From: Utricularia gibba
Lineage: Eukaryota; Plantae; Magnoliophyta
Assembly: GCA_002189035.1 (NCBI GenBank)
Contig: NEEC01000018.1
Coordinates: 1,922,001-1,986,000, forward strand
Reading direction: 5' to 3'
Length of the DNA: 64,000 nucleotides
The translations under genes and the position numbers were made by a program. The notes under the pieces were generated by a model that searched no databases, was not told where the DNA came from, and saw only the letters and a program-made list of their open reading frames with translations. Shown piece by piece: positions 19,901 through 31,753 of this stretch; positions within the stretch are counted from its first letter, which is position 1; every line of letters starts with the position of its first letter.

Positions 19901-21979
19901 GTGTAGAAGTGTTAAAATAGGTAGATCTTACTTCCAGAAAAAATGCATAATGTATTATCGTCTACAGATATTTGTGTCGTATGATTCTTTCTGTGTGGTT
20001 GCCTAGTTTGAAGACTAGTATGATTCTGATGGGAGTTTGTATTTTCCCAGTGTTGCTAAATACCAGGAGGCAAACCCTGCTGTTTATACCATTGTTACAT
20101 TTCCGTTTCTTTTTGCTGTGATGTTTGGCGATTGGGGTCATGGTATATGCTTATTATTTGGAGCAATCTTCCTTATAGCTCGTGAGAAGAGGCTTCGTTC
20201 TCAGGTATGTTGTGGCATTAATTAAGGACATGACTTTGGAGTTTTTTTTTTTCCTTTAAATGGTCTTCTCTTTCAGAAACTTGGAAGTTTCATGGAGATG
20301 CTCTATGCTGGAAGATATGTTCTCCTTTTAATGTCCCTGTTTTCGATCTACTGTGGCTTAGTGTACAATGAATTCTTCTCTGTTCCGTTTCACATATTTG
20401 GTCATTCTGCATACAAATGTCGGGATGCTACATGCAGGTAAACATTAATTCACTTCTCAGCACCATTGACGTTACTTTCGCACTTGATATTTGGCAGTGA
20501 TTAGCCTGTTATATGATGAGATAAAATTTTGTGATAGCCTGTTATTGGTTCTCTTTGCCATGGCAGTGATGCTCGTTCAGCGGGGTTGGTAAAATATGGA
20601 GACACATACCCATTTGGAGTGGATCCAAGATGGCGTGGTAGTCGTTCTGAGCTGCCCTTCTTGAACTCTCTCAAGATGAAAATGTCTATTTTGTTTGGAG
20701 TAGCCCAGATGAATCTAGGAATTATATTGAGTTATTTCAATGCAAGATACTTCGGTAACTCTGTTGATATCAAGTATGTCTTTTCCCCCTCACTTTTTCT
20801 TCAAATTCTGTTGATGGAGACTTAATCCTTCGCTTTCTGTACAGGTACCAGTTTGTTCCACAAATGTTGTTCCTTAATTCACTCTTTGGATATCTTTCTG
20901 TTCTCATAATTGTCAAGTGGTGTACTGGCTCACAAGCTGATCTCTATCATGTGATGATTTACATGTTCCTAAGTCCTTTTCAAGATTTGGGTGAAAATAG
21001 ACTATTTGCGGCCCAAGATGTTCTTCAGGCATGATCATCTTTCTCTGTTTTTGTGTCAGTTAACTCATGAACAGGCAATAGACCCATAAGACACTTTTGG
21101 CAGGTCATACTGTTTTTTTTAGCTATTGTGGCTGTTCCATGGATGCTTTTCCCAAAGCCCTTCATTCTGAAAAGGCTTCGCACTGAGGTACAACTCTCTC
21201 TTATGGAACGCTAGAGCTTGCTCGCGTTATAAACACTGTCTCCGAGGATTTGGTTCAATTAGTGTGAAGTTTCTCTTATTCTGCGTATTCTTAGAGATTC
21301 CAAGGCAGAACATATGCGATTCTTGGAGCCTCTGAGGAAGCTGAGTCGGCACAGCAGCAACACACAGAAGATTTCAACTTCAGTGAGGTCTTTGTTCATC
21401 AAATGATACACTCAATCGAATTTGTTCTGGGTTCCGTTTCTAACACAGCATCATACCTTCGTCTCTGGGCTTTGAGGTAAAAAGTAAACAATCATAGATC
21501 TTGTTCTTTTCAGTTTTTGCCTTCAGCCTTTTACACTATTCCAAAATGGTAGGTTGTAGTCATTCTGTCTACTTTTTTCTCCCCTGCATATCAATTTTTT
21601 TTTTTTTTTTGTCTTGTCTTCTTCATCCTCCCTGCAGCTTGGCCCATTCAGAATTATCAACTGTCTTCTACGAAAGAGTTCTACTTTTTTCGTGGGGGTA
21701 AGCCAGTAAGCTTTTTCAGCCAGTATCATCTACTTGCTGAAGGATGTGAGGATCTCAAAATGTTTCTGCTACAGGTACCACAATTTCGCAATCCGGTTGT
21801 TGGGCGTCGCCGCCTTCTCGTTTGCGACGGCGTTCGTCCTCCTGATGATGGAGGCTCTTAGCGCATTCCTCCATGCTCTCCGGCTCCACTGGGTGGAGTT
21901 TCAGAACAAGTTCTACAGCGGAGATGGGTACAAGTTCATGCCCTTTTCCTTGCATACGCTAACCCAAACCGATGACTAG
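16955..21979 (+). CDS. VHA-a1: Vacuolar H+-ATPase V0 subunit a (a1-like), multi-exon, frame intact
   Basis: [79 protein letters not shown] (essential Arg), [17 protein letters not shown]. One GC-AG intron starts at 21029. Confidence 0.95.
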
Positions 21980-22213
21980 ACAGACACACACAGACACAGA
22001 GCGTGCATAGATGAATGCAAGGTCAGATTTTGGCACACTGTTCTTGAGTATCAAGTTCTATTCAGGTTTCATGAGATAAAAAGTTGAATCATATAGCAAG
22101 AGTTGCCTATGAACATACATTTGTCATAGAAACTGCAGCTCTTGATTGCTATAATAGAGGAGTAATGTACAGAAATCTTCCTCCTGATTCCAATAACAGA
22201 ACCTCAGATGCTT

Positions 22214-23923
22214 TCACTTGCTCCACCTTGTGATTCTGATCCTCAGAGTCCTCTGCCGTGAACTGATGACCTCGCAGCACTGTCTCCGAGGATTCTGCGC
22301 TTCAAGTGCGTTAGTGACGAGCAAGTGCTCAATGAGGAGAACAACTGGGAAGAAGAACGAACCTGATCCCATTCCTGAGGGTCCATTACAGGCGCTATAA
22401 CAACTACCTTCTCGACGCCGAAGGCTCCTGCATAGCTCGCATCGCATCCCTTCACCGCCTCTGCATCCACTTCGATTTTTTTGTACTTTGTAACCGTCAC
22501 CGCAGCAGTAGCGTTCCTCTGAATGGAGTGGAGGTAAAAGATGACCGGTTGCCGGCAAGGATCGGGGCTCGCGGCGCGGGTGTTGAAGGTGAAGGGCTCG
22601 TCTTTCCAACTCCTCCATGTCTGAAATGTCTGCAACGGCCTCTCCAGGTCGTGCGGCGGCATCCGATACGAATATATCTGAACGGCGTAGCCCCAGGCGA
22701 CGGAGACGGACCATTCGTTTCCGGTGAAGCAGAAGCAGTGCTGCAGAGTCCTCGAGGGATCCGCTTCGTACGCCTTGAGAAGGATCCTCAGTGAACCCAG
22801 CCTGGTTTGCCTAGGGAATAACGCCTTCATGTGATCCACGTGGTGAAGTGAGACCAGTGGGGCCAGCGGGTGCGCCGCCAATACGCCAAATGGGTCCCTC
22901 GTATGTCCATCTGTAAGAATGTCGACATGACGCGTGTCGGATGCACAGTATGCCACGTGGTAAACAAGGAAATTCGGTAATTAAATGCACTATGTCAAAG
23001 GTCATAATTGGAAACGGATGTGGCGCGCTTCAGTTTTCCTAAAACTGTCGAGCAGTTCCGACTCTTCCGCGAAGGCAATTTATAGGAAAAATACGATATT
23101 TTTGGAAAATGGAAAAGGAGATTTTTAAATGTACCTGATGGAAACCGGATTCTGTGGTGAGGCGCACACCGAGTTCCCCTACACACGCCCAGACCCTTTG
23201 ATCTGAGCCGTAGAAGTAATGGTACCGATCCAGGCAACCGTCCATCTCCTCGGACAACCTCTCCGCCAACGCGTAACTAACCGCGAACCCCCCGCCGCCG
23301 AACGCCATCCCGTAGGCATGCATCACGTTCTGCTCCACGCTCTCGGAGTTACCGCCGACGTACATCATCTGGCGGTGGTCGTATTTTCCCAGAACCGCCG
23401 CGAGGTTCTCCGGGAAGAACACGGTGTCGTCGTCCCCCATCACGAACCACCGCACGTTCTCGAGGTTCAGCGCGAACAAGTCGACGACGACGCGCGCAAG
23501 CCGCACGGCGGAGTCCGAGCCGGCGGTGTGGGGGAAGCGCGTCCAGTTGGAGGACACGCGGTAACTGATGTTGGAGGCGTTGGCCTCGATGTAATCCTTC
23601 TCGAAGAAGACGCATCCGCGTGTCAACTCCGGTTTCCACCAGAGGTTCACGTATCGCTCCCGTGTCGCCCATGTGCTAGTGGATCCCCCGATGCCGAACG
23701 CGATGTGGGAGACGTTGGTGGGAGAAACGACGTCGTTCGGGACGGCAGGAGGATATAAGCGGCGAGGCGGAGGGCGGTCCCCTGCAAGCAGGATGACGGA
23801 TATAAAACCGAGAGAAACGGAGAAGATGAAAACGAGGGAGACGGCAGCGCGTATGGAGGAGGCCCGTGGCATATCCATGGGTGATGGGTTTTGACCCGGA
23901 TGATCTCGGGTCGGGTTTACCAT
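22214..23923 (-). CDS. DUF604 / Fringe-like (GT31-related) glycosyltransferase, type II membrane anchor; apparent 1-nt frameshift at 22896-22898
   Basis: Exons 23923-23135, 22910-22363, 22294-22214. HIAFGIGGS, WFVMGDDDT, YVGGNSESVEQN, MAFGGGGFAVS, GSDQRV, GFHQ|MDIRG/DPFGVLAAHPLAPLVSLHH, SWGY-like AWGYAVQIY, RRQCCEV. Confidence 0.88.
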
Positions 23924-25013
23924 GCGGCGCCGCAAGCGGTGGAGGAACAAGAAGAATTCTCCCTCGAATGCAGTGAACCGAGACGGGAGGGAGCCTTTGA
24001 AAATAACCAGAGTTCAGGGGGGAAAAAGATACTGAAACAACATTCTTCGGAATTTATTGCAATTCAATCAGCCACATTTGCTAACCTTTTTACATAATCC
24101 AGTTTGTTCTCTACAGGATCAGATCCATAAAAAAAGAAAAATTCAAGTTTTAAAACAGAATTCAAGTCGGTTGAATTAGTTAACAAAAAGGGAGAGTTGA
24201 AGAGAAGGGAAGAATGATGGGCCATTGCTGCAATTAATGGCAATTTTGGAGTTTCGAGGCAATTAATATATACGTACAGCTTTTGTACTCCAATGAGGAG
24301 GACGGATGCCCCTTTTACGCCATGGGCATCCATTCCACACTCTTCTTAATGGGGCATGGCACCAACTCCATCATGTCGGAAATTGGGCCTCCGACCCCAA
24401 ACTCGGCCGGCCCAACTACCGCTCTTGCTCACCATTTTTACTGTTTAATCGTAATTTAATTGAATTTAAGTTATTTACCCAAACCCTGTGATGGTTGGCG
24501 AACATTCGATCGCTCAACACTACTACTCGGGCCTATTTTTTTTTGTCACCTCATCGGGGGGCTATTGTGTGCGGAGAGTGTTGGGCCCACAAACACGTGT
24601 GTCCGAAACCGCCAGGGTGAAAGGAACACAACACACGATCCTGAAAGATGAATATTGGATGGTCAAACCGCATATTCGGACTTCGGAGGCAGCAAACCCG
24701 CACCGGTTTCATGGATCCGACACAAAAGGGATACTACGCTGCGGCGTTAATGGGCCATGGCCGGCTGCACCCGGGCGTACTGAAATCAATCCGTCCACTC
24801 GTACTTCAATGCAGAAGCGCAAAGCGGCAGCTGTAGTAGCAGAGACCGCCCCCGCCCATTTACTACATTACATGTTGTCTCTCCTGGTTTTTTTTTTTTT
24901 AGGTAGGAAAACACCTAGTTGCTGGTACTGTGACGACGGCTGCATGGTTCTCCGGTGGTGTTTTTTGTACGGTGCTGAAACAGAAAGGACAGAAAGAGAG
25001 ACAGCTGCTGCGA

Positions 25014-26234
25014 CTAACGGCCGTTAACAAGAGGACGAACGGGCGTTTCCTTGCAGGGACTGGGGGGCAGGCTGCTGTTCCCTAGGCTACTGCTTCCTCC
25101 GGCAACGAGTCTTTGCACCAGAGCGTCTAATCTCTCGGCGTGAGTCTGGGACAGCAGTCGTTTCCCACCGAACGGCAACGCCTCCACCGCTCTCTCCGAT
25201 AAAACGTCGGCCGTGCCGTATGCCGTCTGAATGTACCACCGTGGATAAAAAATCAGCGAACCAAAAAAAATTACGTATCTATAAGTGGAGACATTGTTTA
25301 CCTGAATCCGAACGTAATCGTTTGGATTCCAGCAGAATGCGTTTCCGAGCATTTGATCGACGGTTTCGGAGACTCCGTCGAGAGCGATTCCGATGACGGC
25401 AGACATAGAGCACTCGCCCTCAGGTCCGACGTTCAATTGCGAAGTGCTACTGGATAATCCGCCGTTACCAACCGAGAGCACTACAAGATGGTCGACGCTG
25501 GTAACCGCCGGGAAGTCGCGCTTATTATGAAGAACGTGAGTGACGGCGGCGGCGGCGGGGTTGTTCATAACAAGTCCGCCGTCGACAGCTAAGCATGAGG
25601 TCTTTCCGTCACAGGACCTGAGGTGAAATGGCTTAAACATCGGCGGCGTCGCCATCGTAGCGCGAATCACCTTCCACATCTCAAAATCAAAACTAGGCGA
25701 TTCCAACGCGTCGGCTCTGGAGAAAACGAACGGCGCCGCGCTGTGCAAATCGAAGCACGGCACAAGTAGCGGCTTACAAGCATCTCTAATCGTCAAAATC
25801 TTGCCATCATCCCTCAGGAACGCCGCCTTAAGCGCCGCATCAATTTTCCTCCCCGAAAACCTCTTCCGTCGCCGCAATACACCGACGCGTTTCACATTAA
25901 AGAGCTGCTGTTGGTTCTCGGACAAAAAATTAACCGCTTCTCTAGCGGAGTACAGAGGCCTGCCAGTGCCGTCGTCCGCAACAAGCATTGCGGCGAGGAG
26001 CGCGCCGACACCCGTACCGACCACAATATCGAAAAAATCAGCAATTCTAGAATTGGAATCACCGGTTTTCTCTTGGATCTGTTCCTCTAAACGAATCAAC
26101 GATGCTCCCGCCACAATGGCGGTGGTTCCACCACCATCGATGCTGAGAATACGCGTCTTTTTGCCTTCGTAGTGGTGCAGCCATTTCTGCTCCAGCTTGG
26201 AGAAAATCTCGAGCGTCACTTTGCTCAGTTCCAT
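25014..26234 (-). CDS. PLP9: Patatin-like phospholipase A group III (pPLAIII-delta/PLP9-like), 2 exons
   Basis: MELSKVTLEIFSKLEQKWL, RILSIDGGG, group-III GTGxG in place of GxSxG, VDGGLVMNNPAAAAVTHVLHNKRDFP, C-terminal SLPPSPCKE. 75-nt intron at 25301-25227. Confidence 0.92.
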   Translation of the reverse strand: MELSKVTLEIFSKLEQKWLHHYEGKKTRILSIDGGGTTAIVAGASLIRLEEQIQEKTGDSNSRIADFFDIVVGTGVGALLAAMLVADDGTGRPLYSAREAVNFLSENQQQLFNVKRVGVLRRRKRFSGRKIDAALKAAFLRDDGKILTIRDACKPLLVPCFDLHSAAPFVFSRADALESPSFDFEMWKVIRATMATPPMFKPFHLRSCDGKTSCLAVDGGLVMNNPAAAAVTHVLHNKRDFPAVTSVDHLVVLSVGNGGLSSSTSQLNVGPEGECSMSAVIGIALDGVSETVDQMLGNAFCWNPNDYVRIQVNNVSTYRYVIFFGSLIFYPRWYIQTAYGTADVLSERAVEALPFGGKRLLSQTHAERLDALVQRLVAGGSSSLGNSSLPPSPCKETPVRPLVNGR

Positions 26235-27302
26235 CCTCTGCAGCCAAAGATCGGCAAATGCGAGCACCCGACCACCGGAAGTGAAGCTATATAGCAGTTA
26301 TGAAGAGCACCGAGCAGTCAACCACCCAATGAGAGCGGAAGTAAAGACGGGGGAACAGAGGCAGCCGCTGCTTGCCTTTTATACGTGAAGGGGAACACAC
26401 AACCTCCAATGCAATTGAAATAATTTTTAACCTAACCTTCGCTATTTATTTCCGATATACAAATCAAATATGGTAATGATTTAAACATTACCTATTTATT
26501 TTAACACATTTACCAAACATAATATCATTTAAAACAAATGTGTTCAAAATGTATGTACGAAACAAACAAGACATGTTTATTTAAGTAAAAATAAATTAAA
26601 TATATTACTAATTATAATATCCTATAAAACACATACTAAAACATGCTTCTAAACATGGAATCTTAAGCTCCCTTTTTTACGTCAAATTTACTTAGAATAT
26701 ATTCGTACTTTCTAAATTAATAATCCTAAATTAATTCACATGAAACGAATTTAATGAGAGTTTGCATGTCACCCGAGGGACACAAGACAAAGTGCATAAT
26801 CCATTTATTTGTAATTACAGGTTTTAAATAAAGCGGTTTTTAATAAATGCATTTACCTGTTTCCAGGAATATTTTAATTCCTTTTTAATGCATTTCCCTG
26901 TAATTGTCCTCTTTGAATCTTCACTCCCCCCGTTTTCAATCATAATTCAAAAAAAAATGATATTACGATAATTCCACGTGTGTATTAATTTTTTGATAGT
27001 ATTTTTTAATTATAAAAGGTTATGCAAATAGTGTACGGCCGTTGAGTGTGTGTGAGATACTGGTGCTTTTATTCACTCACAGTTGAGGGAGTAGCTAAAT
27101 GCTGCTAAAGGTTTGAAATTCAAAATGTCCAGAATTGAATTTGACATGATGCGCCCTACTGATTTAGTATCTATATGCCTTTTGAATTTGAATTTGAGTT
27201 TCATTAGGCGCAACTGTCTTTAAAATTTAAACCGCTGGTTTTTTTTTTTTTTTCAACTTTAACTTTCTTTTGTAAATTTGAACGAAAGTCCATACTAGAA
27301 AA

Positions 27303-27315
27303 GGGGGGGGGGGGG
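27303..27315 (+). repeat. Poly-G tract (13 nt)
   Basis: Direct reading, in AT-rich intergenic DNA. Confidence 0.85.
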
Positions 27316-27691
27316 TGTGTTTTATGATATTTATATCATATTTTATAATCTTAAAGTATGTCGGGGTATGAATATATTGAAAATTACGTTTTTTTGTAAT
27401 ATATCAATATATCCCTCAAATATATTTTTTAAAAAAATATTGTCTTATGTGAATTTGAATTTTAATTATTTTCTTACGTTAATTTTTTCCATATATTATA
27501 AGAATGGATAATTAATTATAAAAGCTTTTGAGATAGGAACACCACGTCATAAAAATGTTGTAGCAAAATTGATTTGAAAGAATGGAGGTATTTGGTGGGC
27601 CTGGGAAAAGCCCAATGACGGATTTCAGGGGGAGTTCGTAGTGCGGTTTCTTTCTCCGCGTTCATTTCTTTTGCCGGCGGATTTGGGAGAA

Positions 27692-28536
27692 ATGATGTGG
27701 GATGGATGGGGAGGCGACGTTGGGCACTCTTCGGACGATAATTCTAAGGGCGAGTTCGACTTCCTGTGTTTCCATTGGAAACCCAAGGTGTGTGTGTTGG
27801 TTCCTGCGCTGTGCGTCTTGTGCGTCTTGTGTGTTTTTTTTGGTTTTCTTGGAGGTTTCTTACGCCATCGTTTCCGCTTCGTAGGATTACTACAAGGTGC
27901 TTGAAGTGGATTACGATGCCTCCGAGGAGGCTATCCGATCCAATTATATTCGCCTTGCGTTGGTATGGCCCCAATTCGATGTTTTCGTTGTTAAAACCCT
28001 TTCAGCTTCTCTCTTGATTGATGGGTTGACTGCTATCAGAAATGGCACCCTGATAAACACAAGGAAGCCCGTGGAGGCGACACTACCTCAAAATTCCAGG
28101 ACATTAATGAAGCTTATCAGGGTAATCACAAAACCTTGTCCGTGTCACGATTGTCGTTACTGGAAGCCCTAATTTTTAGCTGCGAGAATGTCTTTAAGCA
28201 TGTTGGGGTTCTGAAATGATTCTTAGTGCATTCTGTGAGCAGTGCTGAGCGACCCTGAAAAGCGGCAAGAATATGACAAGAAGGGAGTGCTGTATTCATG
28301 TGACAGCAATATACTGGTGTGTCTTGAGATCCTTCAGCTATGCACTTCTGACTTGCTTAAAAAGCAATGGCTTTTTTCCTTTTGTGTCATTTTTTCTAGC
28401 ATAGTCAACACCAGCTTTGGCTCTGTGTTCACGCATGAATTCTGATGGTCTCCCTGGTTTGCAGGAATACCTCAATCGTTACAAGAGCCTTATCCTGACC
28501 CCAAATGGCTTAGGCATGAAATGCTGGATCTGTTGA
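27692..28536 (+). CDS. Small J-domain (DnaJ type C) protein, 5 exons
   Basis: MMWDGW...KPK|DYYKVLEVDYDASEEAIRSNYIRLAL|KWHPDK...FQDINEAYQ|VLSDPEKRQEYDKKG...|EYLNRYKSLILTPNGLGMKCWIC*; HPD motif intact. Confidence 0.9.
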
Positions 28537-28844
28537 GAGCACCGGAGTTGTGTAGATTAGAACCAAAAGAAAGCAGCAGCAGGGCGTTTTTGTGCAACTG
28601 CAAGCATGAACCTTGTATCCGATCCCATGTTTGTCTTATCCTTGTTGAGATTGTGAGAGAAGAACAATCCAATCCAATCCTAATCAATTGTACATTTAAG
28701 AAGATGGTAGACTACTCATCTGGTTGGCTGCTTTTCACTGCCCCCAACTTTGCTTCATAGGTTATCAAATCATTTGTGCTTTATATTTTGTGATCGTAGT
28801 GTTTGTTTTTTTTTCCGTTTCGGATAAGAAGTCCTATCAATCAA

Positions 28845-28916
28845 GTGACTGTAGTTTAGTGGTTAGAATTCCACGTTGTGGCCGTGGAGACCTGGGCTCG
28901 AATCCCAGCAGTCACA
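28845..28916 (+). tRNA. trnH-GUG: tRNA-His (GUG)
   Basis: 72 nt GTGACTGTAGTTTAGTGGTTAGAATTCCACGTTGTGGCCGTGGAGACCTGGGCTCGAATCCCAGCAGTCACA. Acceptor stem GTGACTG/CAGTCAC, anticodon GTG, A and B boxes, upstream CAA and downstream T5 Pol III terminator. Confidence 0.96.
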
Positions 28917-29604
28917 CATTCCATTTTTGTCCTTTTGAATCCTCCTCTCTGAAAGGTAAGAGGACTACTGTTCTGAATTATTTATGGAAGTCTTCTGATA
29001 TTTAAATGATGCGCATGGGTGCTTATTAAATTGGTTAGTTGACATAATAATACGAGTCTAGGTGACTTTTCTTTTTTGGTAGCCCCAAATCCCATCCCAT
29101 TCAAACATTACTCAATTACACACACCATTGTTTAATGTGTAACGTCGCCCCACGCACACGAGCATGTCTTTTGCGCCAGCAGAGAATAAAATTACACGGA
29201 TGAACAGTGCGTGTGTGACTCATGATGCATTATGAAAGAGAGGGCACTCGCGCTGCTAAGCATGCCAAGTGACACCACTCTATGCAATTTTAATTATTGC
29301 TTTTAACCAATGAAATCACTTTCTTCGAATTGAGGGATTTAAGGTTCTGATTAAAAAATTAATTGCGATAACGGGATTTTTTTAATATAAATTAGAATAA
29401 ATTGCAATATTTATTGTTTATTTTCAATTAACAACGGCCAGCCGTTTGTATAAAAGGGAGGGCTTCGTAGTAGTTCCTTTTGGTTGGCGCATGCGAAGCG
29501 GAGGGAGCACCTGTAGCTTGCTCGATGATCTGGATTCCGAGTTGACTGGCTTAGGGCGGGGGTGGACGGAGCAGTTCTCTCGCCGGAAGAAACACTGTGT
29601 TCCC

Positions 29605-31483
29605 ATGCTGCCCTCCGGAACGGAGTCCTTCGCTAAGGATGCTATCATCGCCTGGTTCCGCGGCGAGTTCGCGGCCGCGAACGCGATCATCGACGCGCTC
29701 TGCAGGCACCTCACGCAGCTGGAAGGGGACAACGCGGCTGTATATGCATCGACGTTCGCGGCGATCCATCGCCGGAGGTTGAATTGGATCCCGATCCTTC
29801 AAATGCAGGAGTTCTTTACGATCGCGGATGTTGTAGCGGAGCTGAAGAAGGTTAGGGATAAGAGGGGGCTGGGAACTGAATTGAGCGCGGAGAGTAGGCT
29901 TGGTGAAGGAGATGATGTTTCTACTAAGAGACTAGTGATTGATGAAGATCCGTCCCCGGGGGATGATGACGAAGGCAGAGATATACAGGATGAATCATTC
30001 GAGGGCGATAACGCTGAAGGTGAACGAGTTTGTTTCGCAGAAAATTTCAATGGTGGATTGCGATATTTATTAGTGAATTACCTGAGTTGCAGGTTCTGAA
30101 GGAGTTCCAGTTGAGCTTTGCTGTGAACATGATAAGTGTGAAGAACGGCGAGCACAGATCAGGGTAACTAGAGGATTCACGGCGAAGGAGCCTGTTGGAG
30201 GAAATATGGTAACTCTTCACTTTTAAACACAGGGAGCTTTATGTTCTTTCTATTCACACAATCTCCTCGTTCAAAATGGAAGGTGAATGTTGTTAGAGGC
30301 CTCAAATTGTTTGAAGACATATTCACTGATGATGAGCTCTCTAAATTGAATGACTACGTGACTGCACTTTGGGCGGCTGGCCGGAAAGGCGAACTCTCAG
30401 GTTGTACGCTGATTATACATATTGACATGGTTGACTCTTTCTCTGGCTCTGAACTCTGGATACAAAATTCCCATTCGTTCCAGGAAACACATTCATATCC
30501 TATGATCAAAAGAATGGGAAGAAAAGGGAGATGGCCCAATTCGGGATTTCAATCTTCGGGGAGACGAAAGAAGATGCTGCATCTGAAACGCAGAGGGGTG
30601 AGACAACAAAGTACTGTTCTATCCCTTGATGATGAAGCCTCTCAACCAAGTGTTCTTTGTCTCCACAGGCTGCTGCATTGAGCCAATTCCATCTCTCCTC
30701 CAAAGCGTAATAGATCACCTGATCCAGTGGCAGCTGATACCGAAAAGCCGGAAACCAAACGGTTGCATCGTGAACTTCTTTGGTGAAGTATTCACCTACC
30801 TATCTTGTGCCAATTTTCTTTTTTCAACAGACACCATAACCCTGATGATCGGTCTGAATGAACACAGGGAGAGTATTCACAGCCCTTTGTGAAGCCGCCT
30901 CAATTGGAGCAGCCTGTTTCTATGCTCTTCCTCGGTGACTCAACAATAGCTTTCGGACATACACTCGAAAGGGATGGCAATGGAAGATACAGACACCGTC
31001 TGATGCTCTCACTGAAGGCAGGGTATGCAGCACCACATGCACCTAATTCCAATACAAGCGCTAACAATGGACATCTAATCCAAACAATTCTTCAGGTCCC
31101 TTCTTGTGATGGGCAGAAGTAGTTCAGAGATGGCAAGACATGCCGTGTGCTCCACAAACAATAAGAGGGTTGGCATTAGATTCTTCAGAGTCCGAACAGA
31201 GACAGGCAGCGGCTTCAAGTCTACATGGAAACAAAGTCCAGTCACGTACCAAGAGGTGTCCTATCCTCTTCCCAAATGGACTAGTCTCAGTCCTCTGGTA
31301 ATGTTGCCTCCAGTGACAATGAGTCCCAGAAGTGACAGGGTTCCGCTTCTTCCCAATGTTGGAACAGGGTTCTTCTTACCATGGGCCATTCGATCAATAA
31401 AACCAGTCAAGCATCTCCCACCTCGCGCCCGGAGAAAGAGACCTGTTGCGGGAACTGCTTCTGAAGTTGATGAGCATAACTGA
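29605..31483 (+). CDS. ALKBH10B: ALKBH10-like 2OG-Fe(II) dioxygenase (m6A RNA demethylase family), 7 exons, frame intact; start could be upstream at 29491
   Basis: AKDAIIAWFRGEFAAANAIIDALC, AIHRRRLNWIPILQMQ, VNVVRGLKLFED, IEPIP...RKPNGCIVNFF, GEYSQPFVKPPQLEQP, EMARH, LPW...KHLPPRA. Confidence 0.88.
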
Positions 31484-31753
31484 ACTAAGGACGCCAATAT
31501 TAGCATTTGGGGCTAAGCTTCCCGTCCTTGTAATTTAACATTACCATTGCCTGTTTGGTAGGGGAACTAGTTGGCATTTTCGATCATCAAATACGAATGT
31601 TGCACAGCATGAATAGTTCATTGAAGAAATGAAATGTTATTCACAGATACAAGATTATGATACATACCACCCATAGTGTAAATGAGTGGAAGGTAAATTA
31701 ACACATACCGGCTTGCGATTTGTTCATAACATGAAGAATGATTCTAACCATCA

